DNA of 64,000 bases from Octopus sinensis (taxonomy: Eukaryota), in assembly GCF_006345805.1 (NCBI RefSeq), contig NC_043007.1:35216001-35280000 (forward strand), read 5' to 3'. The notes under the pieces are model-generated. The model saw only the letters and a program-made list of their open reading frames with translations, was not told where the DNA came from and made no database searches. How positions within the stretch are numbered: position 1 is the first letter of the stretch; the number at the start of each line of letters is the position of its first letter. Positions 15,174 through 28,540 of the stretch are shown piece after piece. The position numbers and the translations under genes are program-made.

Positions 15174-17154
15174 AACACCAAGGAAAACATTTGCTATCGG
15201 ATAAAATCCAAAAAATTCCCTCCTAGGATTAAAGGCTTGGAAGATTTCGAAGCGGACCTGCTGAAGATCATGTGCAAAATAAAGTTTCGTAAGTCTTTTA
15301 ACAATTTCCAACATAAATTGAAAAAAGATATTGATCATATAAAAAGCTCCAAGAAAAAAGCACTTTTTTCGGATAAAACCAAGAACTTATACCTGGTAGA
15401 TAACAGCAAATACACACAACTCTTACACAACAGCATCATTAATAATTATACTAAGGCTAGGCACAGACATATAACGAAATTAATAAAGAAGCTAGCGTCA
15501 TCGCCGCTAAACTTAAATTAGATAAAAAATAGAAACCCTCCCCCAAAAAGAGGCCTTTATTACTATTAAAGACCACAAAGAAAACTTCCTTTCCAACCCT
15601 AAATGTAGGCTTATCAACCCAGCCAAGTCAGAACTAGGGATTATTAGCAAAGAAATTTTAGATAAAATAAATACGAAAATTAAGACCGATACTAGGCTAG
15701 TGCAATGGTCCAACAGTATAGAAGTCGTAGACTGGTTTAAAGCTATTAAGAATAAGAAAAAAGCGAGGTTTACACAATTCGATATTGTTGATTTTTATGC
15801 CTCTATCTCTAAAGAACTGCTAGATAAAGCCCTAATCTTCGCTAGTGACTTCATAGAAATTAGTACCAATGATAAGATATATATCTTCCATGCTAGAAAG
15901 ACATTACTTTTCAGTGAGAATGCAAAGTGGGTAAAAAACACCGACACGGAGAGCGCTTTCGATGTGAGCATGGGTTCATATGATGGGGCAGGCATCTGTG
16001 ATCTAATTGGACTCTTTCTCCTAGATACCTTCGGTAAGACATTCCCTAACGTACATTTCGCCATCTACAAAGATGATGCCCTCGCCTTAACAGCTAATAC
16101 AAAGGACCAGCACAAGATCGTTTTAGGAAGGATATTATCCAGTTAATGAAACACTTCGGACTTAGTATAACTATAGACACTAACCTGACGGTTGTCAATT
16201 TCTTAGACGTTTCCTTAGATCTTAATAATAATATTTATAAGCCTTATAGGAAGCCCAATGATAGACTAAGTTATATTAATGTAGGTTCATGCCATCCCCC
16301 TATAGTATTCAAAAATTTAGTTAAAATATTAGTAAGAGGATTTCTAGCCTCTCATCTAATGAGGACATCTTCAATAGCGTTGCCCCAGTTTATAATAAAG
16401 CTTTAAAAGATAGTGGTTTTAGCGAAAAAATAAAATATACACCTATCACCAGCCCAACAATAAGGAAAAGGAATAATAGAAATAGGAAGGTCATCTGGTT
16501 TACGCCCCCTTACTCACCCGAGGTGGCCTTCAATATAGGTAAATATTTCTTAACACTGATAGATAGATTTTCACACATTTAACCATGCTTATAGGAAACT
16601 CTTCAATAGACACAATTTAAAAATTAGTTTTAGTTCAACTACCAATTTTAAAAACATAATCAATCATAACATACAAAAAACACAAGAAGAAAACAGCTGT
16701 TCATGCAGGAATAAAGAATTGTGCCCGCTAAATGGAGCTTGCATGTCCAAGACCATCATATATGAAGCTACCGTAAATCTATAACCACTAAAGACACCGT
16801 TTCGACGAAGAAATACGTGGGCCTGACAGAGGGTAATTTCAAGGCCAGGTTCAATAACCACACTTTGAGCTTTAGGCACTGGAACAAAGAAAAGCGACAC
16901 AATTATCCAATCATATTTGGTCTTTAAGAGATAAAGGTGTCGATTATAACATACAATGGAAGATTTTGGCCAGATGTAAGCCCTATACTAACGGCAGCGG
17001 AAGGTGCGGTTTATGCGACATGGAGAGATGGCTTATCTGGAAAAGCAGCTTAGACCCTACCACATGTCTAAATACAAGGACAGAGCTTTTCGGATCATGC
17101 CCACATGTGACTAAATTTCTGTTACGCTTTTGGTCCCCTAAAGAAAACGGATAG
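15174..17154 (+). pseudogene. Frameshifted PLE reverse transcriptase + GIY-YIG endonuclease
   Basis: Motifs SDKT, DHKENF..PKCRLINPAKSE, FDIVDFY, MGSYDG, YKDD, CSC..CPLNGAC, IIYEAT..YVGLTEGNFKARFNNH, CGLC..CPH. Broken by several frameshifts. The motif set resembles the Naiad group (from memory; needs phylogeny). Confidence 0.9.
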
Positions 17155-17348
17155 AACATGCTTTCTGTGTTATGTCCCAAGAAGATTTTATATATTTTTA
17201 TATATTTTTATATATTTTATGTATTTTTATATAATTTTTATGACAAAAAAATGCGAGCGATGTATAAGTACGCAGGCAAAGCAGAGTTATAACAGAGTAA
17301 TTTCCCTTCATTTTTAACGGTATTTTTTCATAACGTTTTCAAATAGCC

Positions 17349-17409
17349 AGATAACCGAAGATGGTGTTGTGGATTTCCACTTCGGCATCTGAAACTCAGA
17401 GTTTTATCT
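17349..17409 (+). ncRNA. Hammerhead-like motif in the right pLTR (2 nt shorter, core disrupted)
   Basis: Same motif, but ccgaagatgg in place of ccgaagagatgg. Confidence 0.45.
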
Positions 17410-17431
17410 TGACTACCGAGTAATGTAACAT

Positions 17432-17492
<61 letters not shown>

Positions 17493-17515
17493 ATATATAC
17501 ATATATATATATATA

Positions 17516-17918
17516 TTGGGTTGTCCGGAAAGTTCGTGCCGATTTATAGTAGCTTACCTTTCGACTTATTTTAGAAAATAATTGAGTCCATAAAATAGGA
17601 TTTGACTACACTTCCATTTACAGCACAGTTTAAGCTATCTTTTCGTGGACGAAGGTTTATGTTCCTATAACCTGTGTTAATTCTGTAACCCTTTAAAATG
17701 GAAGATAAGAAAGTTCATTTTCGGCACTTGATGCTTTGGGAACCAGACAAAAATTGCTGCAGCTCGGCTGGGATGTGTTACCCCACCCTCCATATTCACC
17801 AGATATTGGTCCTTCGGATTTCCACTTATTCAGGTCTCTGCAGAATAGTCTTAATGGTAAAAATTTCAATTCCTGGGATGACGTAAAAAAATACCTTGAT
17901 GAATTCTTTGCCATGAAA
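17516..17918 (+). mobile_element. Mariner deletion derivative, 3'-truncated
   Basis: TIR ttgggttgtccggaaagttcgtgccgattt; MEDKKVHFRHLML fused to TRQKLLQLGWDVLPHPPYSPDIGPSDFHLF (YSPD motif). Confidence 0.92.
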
Positions 17919-18339
17919 TTTTACCGTTATGTTTTTATACGCTAGCCACTGATATAATAATTTTAATGATTACACCCTCAATTTATAGATATGTGTGTGT
18001 GTGTGTGCACATATGCATACATATATAAGTATGTATATATCTGTAACATACATACATACATACATGCATACATACACACACACATACATACATACATACC
18101 TACGTGCATACATACATACATACATACATACATGCATGCATATGACACTCCGCTTCTATCTACCGCTAACCAGCTGGTTCTACCATCAAGCGCCCTCTCC
18201 TACAGGTTCATATATAAAGGGCCATTGAACGAAGTTGATGCCAGTAGACATCGTTTGAGAATAACAATATATCAAAATGACAACGTTAAGTAGATCGAGG
18301 AGTAACGAAATGATAAATTAAAGAAATTGACAACTATTA

Positions 18340-18787
18340 AATACAAATTGGGGCAATCTTTCGTCTCTAGTAGACCTTTCCGTCGATTTCCGTAAAAAAA
18401 AATAATTTTTTTTACATATGGGTTTGCGGGAACTTTTGAAATAATGAGAGCGAAAGAGACTAAGAGAAAGCGATTGTATGACGAGGGAAGTTCTTTTGAA
18501 GTTACCGTGCATGGCAAGCATTGATGTACATGTGTGTGTGTGTGTTTAATGGGGTGTGGGAGACAGACAGTATGTTGTGTAAGTGAAGTGCTTCTGTTAG
18601 TGTGTGTGAAGAGACAGAGTAATGTGTGAAAGAAAGAGATAACTGAAATTTTTTACTCGGTGTATGTGTATATGTATGTATATTACTTCAAAAGTTCCCG
18701 CAAGCCCATATGTAAAAAAAAAAAATTTTTTACGGAAATCGACGGAAAGGTTTACTAGAGACGAAAGACCGCCCAAAATGGTATAAA
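18340..18787. mobile_element. MITE with ~105-bp terminal inverted repeats
   Basis: Arms ~18340-18445 and ~18681-18787 (tctttcgtctctagtagacctttccgtcgatttccgtaaaa and its reverse complement); TG-rich spacer. Confidence 0.8.
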
Positions 18788-19647
18788 TAAACAATAGACA
18801 TTGAGCTGTCAAAATCGATAGCGGCATTTCGTCCATTTTTTCATTCTGAATTCAAATTCCGCCGAGGTCAACTGGGGTCGATGTAATCGACTAGCACCCT
18901 CGTCCGAAGTAGCTGGCCTTGTACCAAAATTTTAAACCAGTATAAATAAACATATAGTAATGTCTCACTTTACGAGGACCCGCTTTACGAAACCCCGGGC
19001 TTACGAGTTATATTTTTCAGCTCACTTTTGTATAAAATTTTTCAAGCGCAAGATCCAAATTTTGAACAAAGTGCAAAAGTTGCTACTACGGATCTTTACC
19101 TTTTGACCTACAGATTTAAAAAATAATTTTTTGTAACTAAACACTTTCAAACTTCGCATAATTGTAGAATGTGTCACATAAAACATCTTTTACTCTTGGC
19201 GTTGTTGAGAAAATTCTGCATTTTGGAAGTTATTTCGTGTTAAATTTCTCGTATTTCGGTAATTTCAACCAATCAATGACGTGTATTCAACTGAATAAAA
19301 TTACTGCCGTTGTTTGTCAACAACAACTTCCGGCTCTGTATATTTCCTTTTTTACTGTTATTTATGACATATTTCATCTCATTTACGTTTGCATGAATAA
19401 ACGAGTGTATCTGAAGCATGTTTAATTCATGGCACCACCATAATCGCTCGTGCTTCATTTTTTCATTTTTTATTCCGTATGTATGTGTTTTACATACTTC
19501 TTCTACTAGGAATTTAAGTTTCTCCTGATGTCTTATTCAACCAATGTAGAAAGATTCGCTCCTGAAGTTTGTATAGCAAAGCAGAAGCTTCATAAAAATA
19601 AAGTTGGTTATAAGTAGTACTTTGCATTTGTAGCAACAACCACAGGA

Positions 19648-19702
<55 letters not shown>

Positions 19703-19829
19703 GTGTGTGTGTGTGTGTGTGTGTGTTAATTTTTTTTTCACCAGCTTCGTAGCTATCTGCTACATTTAAATATATTATCAACCTCTTGATGTCAATCATC
19801 AATTAAAATATAATTGAAAATTCGTGTCA

Positions 19830-20215
<386 letters not shown>

Positions 20216-20231
20216 AATAAGGTATACAATA

Positions 20232-20357
20232 AGGAAGAAAGAAAAGTCGATAGATATAACAGGATAGCTTGAGAGGTTAAGCAGTTGCGGTCGCTGAAAA
20301 AGGTGGTATTTGTACCAATCATTGTCGGAGCTCTGGGAACAGTGAACAAAAATTTTG
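20232..20357 (+). pseudogene. Fragment of restriction-like-endonuclease (RLE) LINE ORF
   Basis: EERKVDRY...EVKQLRSLKKVVFVPIIVGALGTV, the C-terminal RLE region of R2/R4-type elements. Confidence 0.65.
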
Positions 20358-20359
20358 TA

Positions 20360-20645
20360 CATAGTGTTGTTCTAGAAAATGTTTAAGAAACCATAAGAAA
20401 ATTATGTTTTAAAACTTGACATTACATAGAAAGTGTTTTGTGTAGGATATGAACAGTTCCCATGAGCACTATCTTTTGAATTTCTGCCATTTTGTGGTTT
20501 CCTGGTATCTGAGCTAGGCAGCAATTAGCCCCTTTTGCTATCATTCCCAGGGCACCGATGACAACAGGTATTGTTTTAGTCTTCAGGTTCCACATTTTTC
20601 TCATTTCTATTGTTATATTTGCTCAGTTTTTGGTAGGTCTTGACA
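20360..20645 (-). mobile_element. 5'-truncated RLE LINE (R4/Dong-like) 3' end
   Basis: KMWNLKTKTIPVVIGALGMIAKGA..LAQIPGN.KMAEIQKIVLMGT.HIL.K.LSM; same family as 63370-64000. Confidence 0.85.
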
Positions 20646-20646
20646 G

Positions 20647-20713
<67 letters not shown>

Positions 20714-20730
20714 TATTATTATTATTATTA

Positions 20731-21282
20731 TAGAGCAATTCATGACATCAAAGTGACACTGGGGTAAAATATACGAAGCCTAATATACCCATCATGACTA
20801 CCCGTCTGATAAGGGTACACCAGGCACATGCATCACAACCATATGTGCGCGACATGGTGATCTCATATCAAGATAAAGAGCACATGACCTTGCAGGTGGG
20901 GCCCAGTTAGAATTTTCTTCAGGTTGAGTAGCCCATCCCGCTCAAAAGGTCCCTGAATAAGGGTTGCTTAAGGATGTTGAACGACACACCCATGTTTCCA
21001 GAGGTGAATTATTCAAACCCCAAAGAATCCCTCTCAACACATGGCTATGATGCTCCCCCACTACTTCTGCTCGTGATCAGAGATGCACATATCGTCAGCC
21101 ACTAAGGGACATGCTCAACTGGTTAAAGTCAAACAACTGACAAGCAAATCTGTGGTATTGAGCAGAATATTTGCGGTAGCCCATCTTTGATACCAAGACA
21201 AAACAATGCACATGATAACACTTCCAATCAGTTAAGATCAGAAGCCATGAGAGCCACTGCCTGGTACTGCATCACGGCATAT
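20731..21282 (-). mobile_element. Non-coding retroposon-like repeat X with (AAT)n tail
   Basis: Homologous to 25775-26110 (+) and 62391-62850 (-). The tail is the (TTA)n at 20647-20730. Confidence 0.75.
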
Positions 21283-21622
<340 letters not shown>

Positions 21623-21959
21623 TGAAAGTGTGTTGCTTGCCCTACGTCAAGCAGCATCACTTACTTCTATTTTATCTTTTAAATCTTGAGTCTTTCAGTA
21701 TATCTATACCAAATTCTTCCTTTAGCTCCTTGTATGTCACGTTGTCCTGTATTTTATTAATATCCACACTTATCCTTCGACATTCCTGTACTTTCTTACA
21801 TTTAGTTATTCCCTCCTTTTGTTTTTCTGTCACAAGTATACACAGGTGTCATCCTACTATGTTCGTGCACTCATTTTATTCTACTAACTTTACATTTTCC
21901 CACGTTGTTATTTTATTAAGTAGTTCCTCGCCTATGTCCTCTATAAATACACAAACATA

Positions 21960-23250
21960 ACATATATCACTGCGAGAGGAATTTTGTACATTCTGTTGTG
22001 ACTATTTTTCTTTTTTCTTTTTCTCCGTGTAGGAGGAGAATGGGCGGGTTTGGCGTCTGCGGAAGTGGGGGTCCGAGAGGGTATGGGTGGGATGGGAGAT
22101 TGAATCTTTTCGAGCCTTACACTGAGACGCAGAGTCACGCTGCATAAACAACAGATTCGTTTTCCTCAATACAAGCAGATAGCCCTGAGTGAACATATCG
22201 ACACATGCGCAAGAAATAAAACGCCGAATTTCCATATCTTTCCATTATACCAATGTTCCTGTTCATCTTGACTTCTTTTTTTCCTTTTTCTCTGCTTCGC
22301 CACCTTCCATATTTCTTCCTCCTTCTCTGCTATTTCTTCCACCTTTTCTGGTTCCTTCCGTTCTTCCTCACGGCTTTCTTTCTTTTTCTCCGGGCAATCT
22401 GCCCTGATGTGGCCCTTTTGGCCACATTTGAAGCAGCGATGGAGTCTACCGCCCACCCATGCTCTCAACACCGCTTCGCCAATAGTTATGGTCTCAACCA
22501 TTTTTTCTAGATATTCCGTAGCGCACTGAATTATGATTTCGAGTGCCTTACCTTTCCCGTTCGTAGCCTCTATCTCTGTGGCCTGGATGACTGTCACTTC
22601 CTCTTCGCTTCCCAGAAGCACTGTTGCCGCCAATCAAGCCACGTCTGTTTCCGGGGGATTCCTTCCACCTTGACTCTGGCAGTCCTTCTTCCCAAGTAAA
22701 TTGGAAGGAGGACTACTTTGTCCGTCTTTAGGGGTGTTACTGAGTGTTCCCTTGCTTTCTCGGTACTTTTGAAATGAACGTTAACTGTTCCGAAACGGCT
22801 TCCTCAGGCAAGATAAGTTATACCTCGCCAAATTGGCCTCAGTGATCTTTCGATTACTTCGGTTGACTCTAAAGGGATCTTTTCTTCCACGGAGTACACC
22901 TTTTAGACACTGCTTCTCTACATCATTTTCCCATTATTTCCTCGGATGGTGACACTTCAATATCGCCTCCATCCCTATCTACAATGTTTTCGAACCTTCT
23001 CAGAATCTTCATATTTACCTCCTTTTTACGAATTTCTGCGGCTTCCGCGAAGGTCTTTCCTTCCAAACGCCTGTCCATTTTCTTCACCGCTCTCACGAAC
23101 TCCTCCTCCGATGACAACAATTCGCTGATATCTGAATAAACAGAGTTCGTTGAGGAATAGCTTGCCTTCTCTCACAGAGAGAAAGCACAACAACTGAACC
23201 GCTGCAAAGCAGCAAAAACAATAACACTCAACAATAAAAAAAACTTTCAA
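21960..23250 (-). mobile_element. Internally deleted L1/Tx1-like LINE with gag-like ORF1 remnant
   Basis: CCHC knuckle CFKCGQKGHIRADC followed by a Lys/Glu-rich tail; upstream ORF piece at 22923-23120; 22100-22255 is shared with 25611-25765. Clade assignment is inference. Confidence 0.6.
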
Positions 23251-23334
23251 GCAAACGGAAAGAAAAATTGCTTAACAGCACAACAGGAAGTTCTTTTGAT
23301 TTGGCTCATGTCGCTTACTCCAGGATGGCTGTCT

Positions 23335-23823
23335 CTGAACATTTCGGTAGGTAATCCATTTCTCATCACCTGTCACAATTTGCTTTAAAAGGGCGCGTTT
23401 TCATTCCGTTTATAAAGCAAATCACAGATGGAAATGCGATCCAAAGGTTCTTTTCACTCAACTCATGTGGTACCCAAACATCGTAGCGATTCGTGTACCC
23501 AAGCTTTACCAGGTACTCATGAACGATGGATTTTGATAGGTTGAGGCTTTCTGCCAATTCTTGGGTTGTGCAATGTGGGTTATTCTCAATTAATGACTCG
23601 CTTTGGTCATCACCTGTAGTGGATGGTCTGCCTGATCACTCTTTATCAATAAGGCTACAATCTCCAGCTCGGAACCTTGCGAACCACTTCCGTAAAGTCC
23701 TTTCGGATAAAGAAACATCATCGTAAGCTGCGCATATTTCTTTGGTTGCTTGTGAGGCATTTTTCCCTTTACGAAAAAGAAAAGCATCAAGTGCCGAAAA
23801 TGAACTTTCTTATCTTCCATTTT
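23335..23823 (-). pseudogene. Mariner transposase N-terminal half
   Basis: MEDKKVHFRHLML.., HTH region, WVPHEL motif, VTGDEKWI (first catalytic D); frameshifted. Confidence 0.9.
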
Positions 23824-23825
23824 AA

Positions 23826-24260
23826 GCAGGGAAGGCCTAATTTAGTAGTAGTAGACAAAGAGATAGAAAAAAACCCCAGATAATTGACATTACAATCCTA
23901 AATGATGAGACAGTCAATATGAGAGATATAGAGAAAATAACAATGTACCAGGACCTAGTAAAGGACCAGGACTTAGCAAAGTACCAGGACCATTGAGTTA
24001 TAGAGGTTATGGAGTGTACAGATAAAATGTTTCCCTGTAGTTATAAGTGTACTAGAAACCATTCCTAAAGATTTGAACAGACGGATAGAAGAAATATGCA
24101 TAAAACAATTTAGTACAGCTCCAGAAAACAGCGTTATTAGGGACAACTAGAATACTTAAGAAGGTTCTTGACATCTAAGGTTACTTGTTGTGGGACCGAT
24201 GTTAGGGATTATTTCTTTTCCAGCAGTTTAATCTGTTGTGCGTATGTGAAATAATAATAA
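23826..24260 (+). mobile_element. Degraded RLE LINE 3' end
   Basis: RPNLVVVDKE..IDITI..D..EIEKITMYQDL..RLW....PVVIS..LQKTALLGTTRIL.KVLDI*. Confidence 0.7.
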
Positions 24261-25369
24261 ACAATAGTAATGACTCCCTTCTTTCCGACTTGGAAGCTGA
24301 AACTTGTTTTTGCGAGACGTGTAGAATTGTTTATAGAAATTTGTAAAAAAAAACAAAAAAAACCTAAAGGTTATTTATGATGTGATTAAGCAGCGAATGA
24401 AAGCACGCAGTTTCAATATTGTCAACTTGAGGCAAAACAAAAACAAAAATAAGTAAAAATAATAATTACAAAACTACTTTTTAAAAAAACTAAAACTAAG
24501 ACAAATTTTAAGATTAACGAAGTAATATTCTGGAGTCTGTGGAGAACAGCAATGGAGTACAGCATTAAAAAAATTATAATCTGTTCGCTTAAGAACAGTT
24601 TCAATGATCACCTGTAGCACACAAACACTGCCAGGCTTTAGTCGTTGTTTTTTGTCTTTCCTTGCTGCTCTTTTTCAAAACCTACTCATGGCAGTTTGAT
24701 CCGGTTAATATCTCTCGTTTGCAATGCTATCTTTATTTTATTTTCGTAATTTCGCAAAAAAAAAAATTTTTTTTAAATATAAATTTCGTTTTAATTCTGC
24801 GAAGCTTAATTACAATTAAAGAAAAGTTTGGAACGGAATAATTACTTTTTACTGCCAAGAATATTGTGCTAATAAATCCAAAAGTATGATCTTCGGTGAC
24901 GAAGCAGTCATTAGATAAATAGAACTAAACGAACGAAATATTTCTTGTTTGCGAGTTTGATTTCTGTCATTTGATTTTTTAAATATTTTTGGCCGTCTGT
25001 GTGGTTAAGGAGTTCGTTTCCCAACCATGTGGTTTTGGACTCAGTCCCACTGCGTGGCACCTTGGGTAAATGTCTTCTACTACGGCTCCAGGCCCCCCAA
25101 AGTCATGTGAGTTGATCTGGTGGATGGAAACTGAAAGAAGTCGATCAATATAAATGTGTGTGTGTGTGTGTTTTGTGTGTGAGTGAATTGGTGCCCCAGC
25201 ATGACCGCAGCCTTCGAGCTGAAACTGGTTAAAGAGTTTATATATAGGCTGAAAATATGTGGAAAACATAAATACAAAGTGGAAGAGAAACGCCTTCGTT
25301 TCACATAGTTTAATATCTTTTTATAAAGAAATTTTTAAGGTATATGCATATTTTATGGTTTTCGCTATT

Positions 25370-25765
25370 TAAATTAGCTTTTCAAGGGACATTGTGAAGT
25401 AATCAATTCTTGTGACAAATGGGTCTCGCTTTTTTGGATGCTTGAAAAATATGAATGAGTCTTGAGAGTGGACCAAGTGGGGTAACAGATGGAAAGAGGG
25501 ACAACTAAATCCTCAGTATAATTTTTGAAGTGGTCAAGTTTGTATATTAAGGTATGGTCTGTACTTTTGTATGAACAGATTTTCCTTGTGTAGGCATTCT
25601 TATAAGGAGATTGAATCTTTGCAAGCCTTACTTTGTGACGCAGAGTCACGCCGCATAAAGAACAGATTCGTTTTCCTCAATACAGGCAGATAACCCTGAG
25701 CGAACACATCGACACATGCGCAAGAAATAAAACGCCGAATTTCCATATCTTTCCATTATACCAAT
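25370..25765 (-). mobile_element. LINE ORF remnant related to 22100-22255
   Basis: About 155 bp near-identical to the 22 kb element (WYNGKIWKFGVLFLAHVS) plus further decayed coding-like sequence. Confidence 0.55.
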
Positions 25766-25774
25766 GCAAAGTGG

Positions 25775-26110
25775 TGGGGGAGCATCATAGCAATTTGCTG
25801 AGAGGAATTCTTTTGTGTTTGAATAAATCACCTTTGGAAATATGGCTGTTTTGTTCAACATCCTTAAGCAAACCTTATTCAGGGATTTTTTGAGTGAGGT
25901 GGGCTACTCAACCAGAAGAAAATTCTAACTGGGCCCTACCTGCAAGGTCATGCGCTGTTTATCTTGATATGAGATCACCATGTCGTGCACGTATGGTTGT
26001 GCTGCATGTGCTTGGTGTAACCTTATCAGACAGGTAGTCATGATGGGTATATTGGGTTTCGTATGTTTTACCCCAGTGTCACTTTGATGGCATGCGCTGC
26101 TCTCTCACTC
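25775..26110 (+). mobile_element. Repeat X, 5'-truncated, with (AAT)n tail to ~26262
   Basis: Reverse complement of the 20731-21070 portion, followed by (AAT)n. Confidence 0.75.
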
Positions 26111-26132
26111 AATAATAATAATAATAATAGTA

Positions 26133-26180
<48 letters not shown>

Positions 26181-26200
26181 TAACAATAATAATAATGATG

Positions 26201-26262
<62 letters not shown>

Positions 26263-27003
26263 TTTGGCACAATGCCAGTGATTTTAGTGGAAGGTGTAAG
26301 TCGATGACATTAACCCCCAGTCCTAAACTGACACTTATTTTATCACTCCCAAAAGGATAAACGGGGAAAGTGACTCCGACTGTATTTGAACTCAGAACAT
26401 AAAGAAGCGGAAGAAATAACATTTTCTCCGACACCATTTTTGATACCACTACTAACAACGCATAACCACGGTTTGTCTCTCAATTAAAACTAAAAGATTA
26501 AAGCTAAAACATCATTAAATAAAATTATTAATCTTGAATAATTCTAAGCATGCTTTCTATTGGATATTTGGCTGAATTCTGGTCTAAGCGTCTTATATAA
26601 CCCCTCATAACTTTTTTATCTTTTGGAATTTTCAGAAAATTTCTGCGAATTTATATTCTACACGCGAGAATTCATGCGATTATTGAAACTTGAGTGTGTG
26701 TGTGACTTAAGGGCGATTTGGCTGTCACTTTTAGCACATCCCACGACCACCTGATATCTTCCTAGTTTCGTTACACTCTGACATATATTGATGTCTTTCA
26801 ATATTTTTCTCCTCATAAACACATTTAATGGAATGATAATGAACAAGGGTGATTTTTTGCTGGGATTTAAACAAAATATTCGGACTGTCCGAATCTTAAA
26901 CTTTTTTTTAAATCGAAAAAGAGTGGAAATTTTAGGATTTATAAGAGATGCGGAGAGGATCGAAAAGAATTTTTTAAATATTTTTCTCTTTTCGTAAACG
27001 TAT

Positions 27004-27167
27004 GGGCGCAGGAGTGGCTGTGTGGCAAGTAGCTTGCTAACCAACCACATGGTTCCGGGTTCAGTCCCACTGCGTGGCATCTTGGGCAAGTGTCTTCTGC
27101 TATAGCCCCGGGCCGACCAATGCCTTGTGAGTGGATTTGGTAGACGGAAACTGAAAGAAGCCTGTCG

Positions 27168-27247
<80 letters not shown>

Positions 27248-27479
27248 TGTGTGTGTGTGTGTGTGTGTGTGTTGTGTGTGTGTGTATGTGTGTGTGTTTG
27301 TGTATGTGTGTTTGTCCCTCTAGCATTGCTTGACAACCGATGCTGGTGTGTTTACGTCCCCGTCACTTAGCGGTGGGCTTACAAAGAATAAGTCCCGGGG
27401 TCGATTTGCTCGACTAAAGGCGGTGCTCCGGCATGGCCGCAGTCAAATGACTGAAACAAGTAAAAGAGTAAAAGAGAGA
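27004..27479 (+). mobile_element. Group 1 SINE, near full length
   Basis: Head gggcgcaggagtggctgtgtgg, TA/TG tract, tail gtaaaagagtaaaagag. Confidence 0.92.
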
Positions 27480-28076
27480 GTATAAATTCCTGTGTATAGA
27501 ACACAAATTTTCTGAAAATTTCAATATTTTTGTTAACCTGCAACATTTCCATTAACCACGAATAGGTTTATTATCATGAACTCCTCTATATTTTCTCTAA
27601 GATGTTTCTCATTCCTGTTCCAAGAAAGGAAGCTCTTTATGCATGTCTTATTCTATGAATTTTAACGATATTAATAATAAGTGCCTCAGACACGCCATGT
27701 CAAAATGGAAAACAATTAAGATAAGATAATTGGAACCAGCTCTATATCCAGAGAGATCCATGGCCTCTACTACACTTTTCCTAGCTCTGACTCCATTAGC
27801 AAGTCTGTTGAATGAAACCGACAATACTATTTTCATTCAAGAGATTTTTTTAATGGGGTCTCTACGTACAAACAATAAACTATTTCTTTCGTATGGATAG
27901 CGAGCGGGGAAATGATAGCTAGTTGTAAACACCAGCAAAAAGAAATCTTAAATAAATTCATTTCAGACAAAAGGAAATGTGCTTGGAATTAGATAAATGT
28001 ATAGCTAAGAAGAGACAAGTTAACTAAAACTGAAAATGTTAAATTAGATACATGCATTGAAATTGGAAAAATATCG

Positions 28077-28387
28077 TGGAGGCACATGGCCTACTAGTTA
28101 GAGCAGCGGACTCGCGGTCGAGGGATCGCGGGTTCGAATCTCAGACCGGACGATGTGTCTGTTTATGAGCGAAACACCTAAGCTCCACGCGGCTCCGGCA
28201 GAAGGTAATGGCGAACTTCTGCTGACTCTTTCGCCACAGCTTTCTCCCACTCTTTCCTTCTGCATCTAGCAGCTTACCTGCGACAGACCAGCGTCCCGTC
28301 CAGGTGGGGAACCTATACGCCAAGGAAACCGGGAAACCAGCCCTTACGAGCCAGGCATGCTCGAGAAGGAACAAACAAACAAAAAAA
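28077..28387 (+). mobile_element. Group 3 SINE (ggaggcacatgg subtype)
   Basis: Same as 60146-60440; tail ggaacaaacaaacaaaa. Confidence 0.9.
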
Positions 28388-28540
28388 CCTCCCATATAAA
28401 TAACTAATTAGTAAATGAAAACATGTCACCGCTGGCGCTGCAACTGACGCTGTTTCCTGTGCTGGTGGACTTTCTTTCGGAAAAGAACCTTCGGTAATGT
28501 GGAGAGAGGAAACTTTCGTGCATAGGTAACTCCTAGTCTT

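Larger units (their letters stand above)
14712..17441 (+). mobile_element. Penelope-like retroelement with inverted pseudo-LTRs
   Basis: Arm 14712-15173 is the reverse complement of arm 16998-17441; RT and GIY-YIG remnants lie between and within the right arm. Confidence 0.93.

Noticed and set aside
14991-15521. 176-aa ORF as a real gene
   Set aside because: It is a chance fusion of the antisense inverted pLTR arm with the PLE N-terminal region.
16690-17110. Selenocysteine recoding in the PLE Zn-finger motifs
   Set aside because: The Cys positions inspected are TGT/TGC; no in-frame TGA at conserved Cys.
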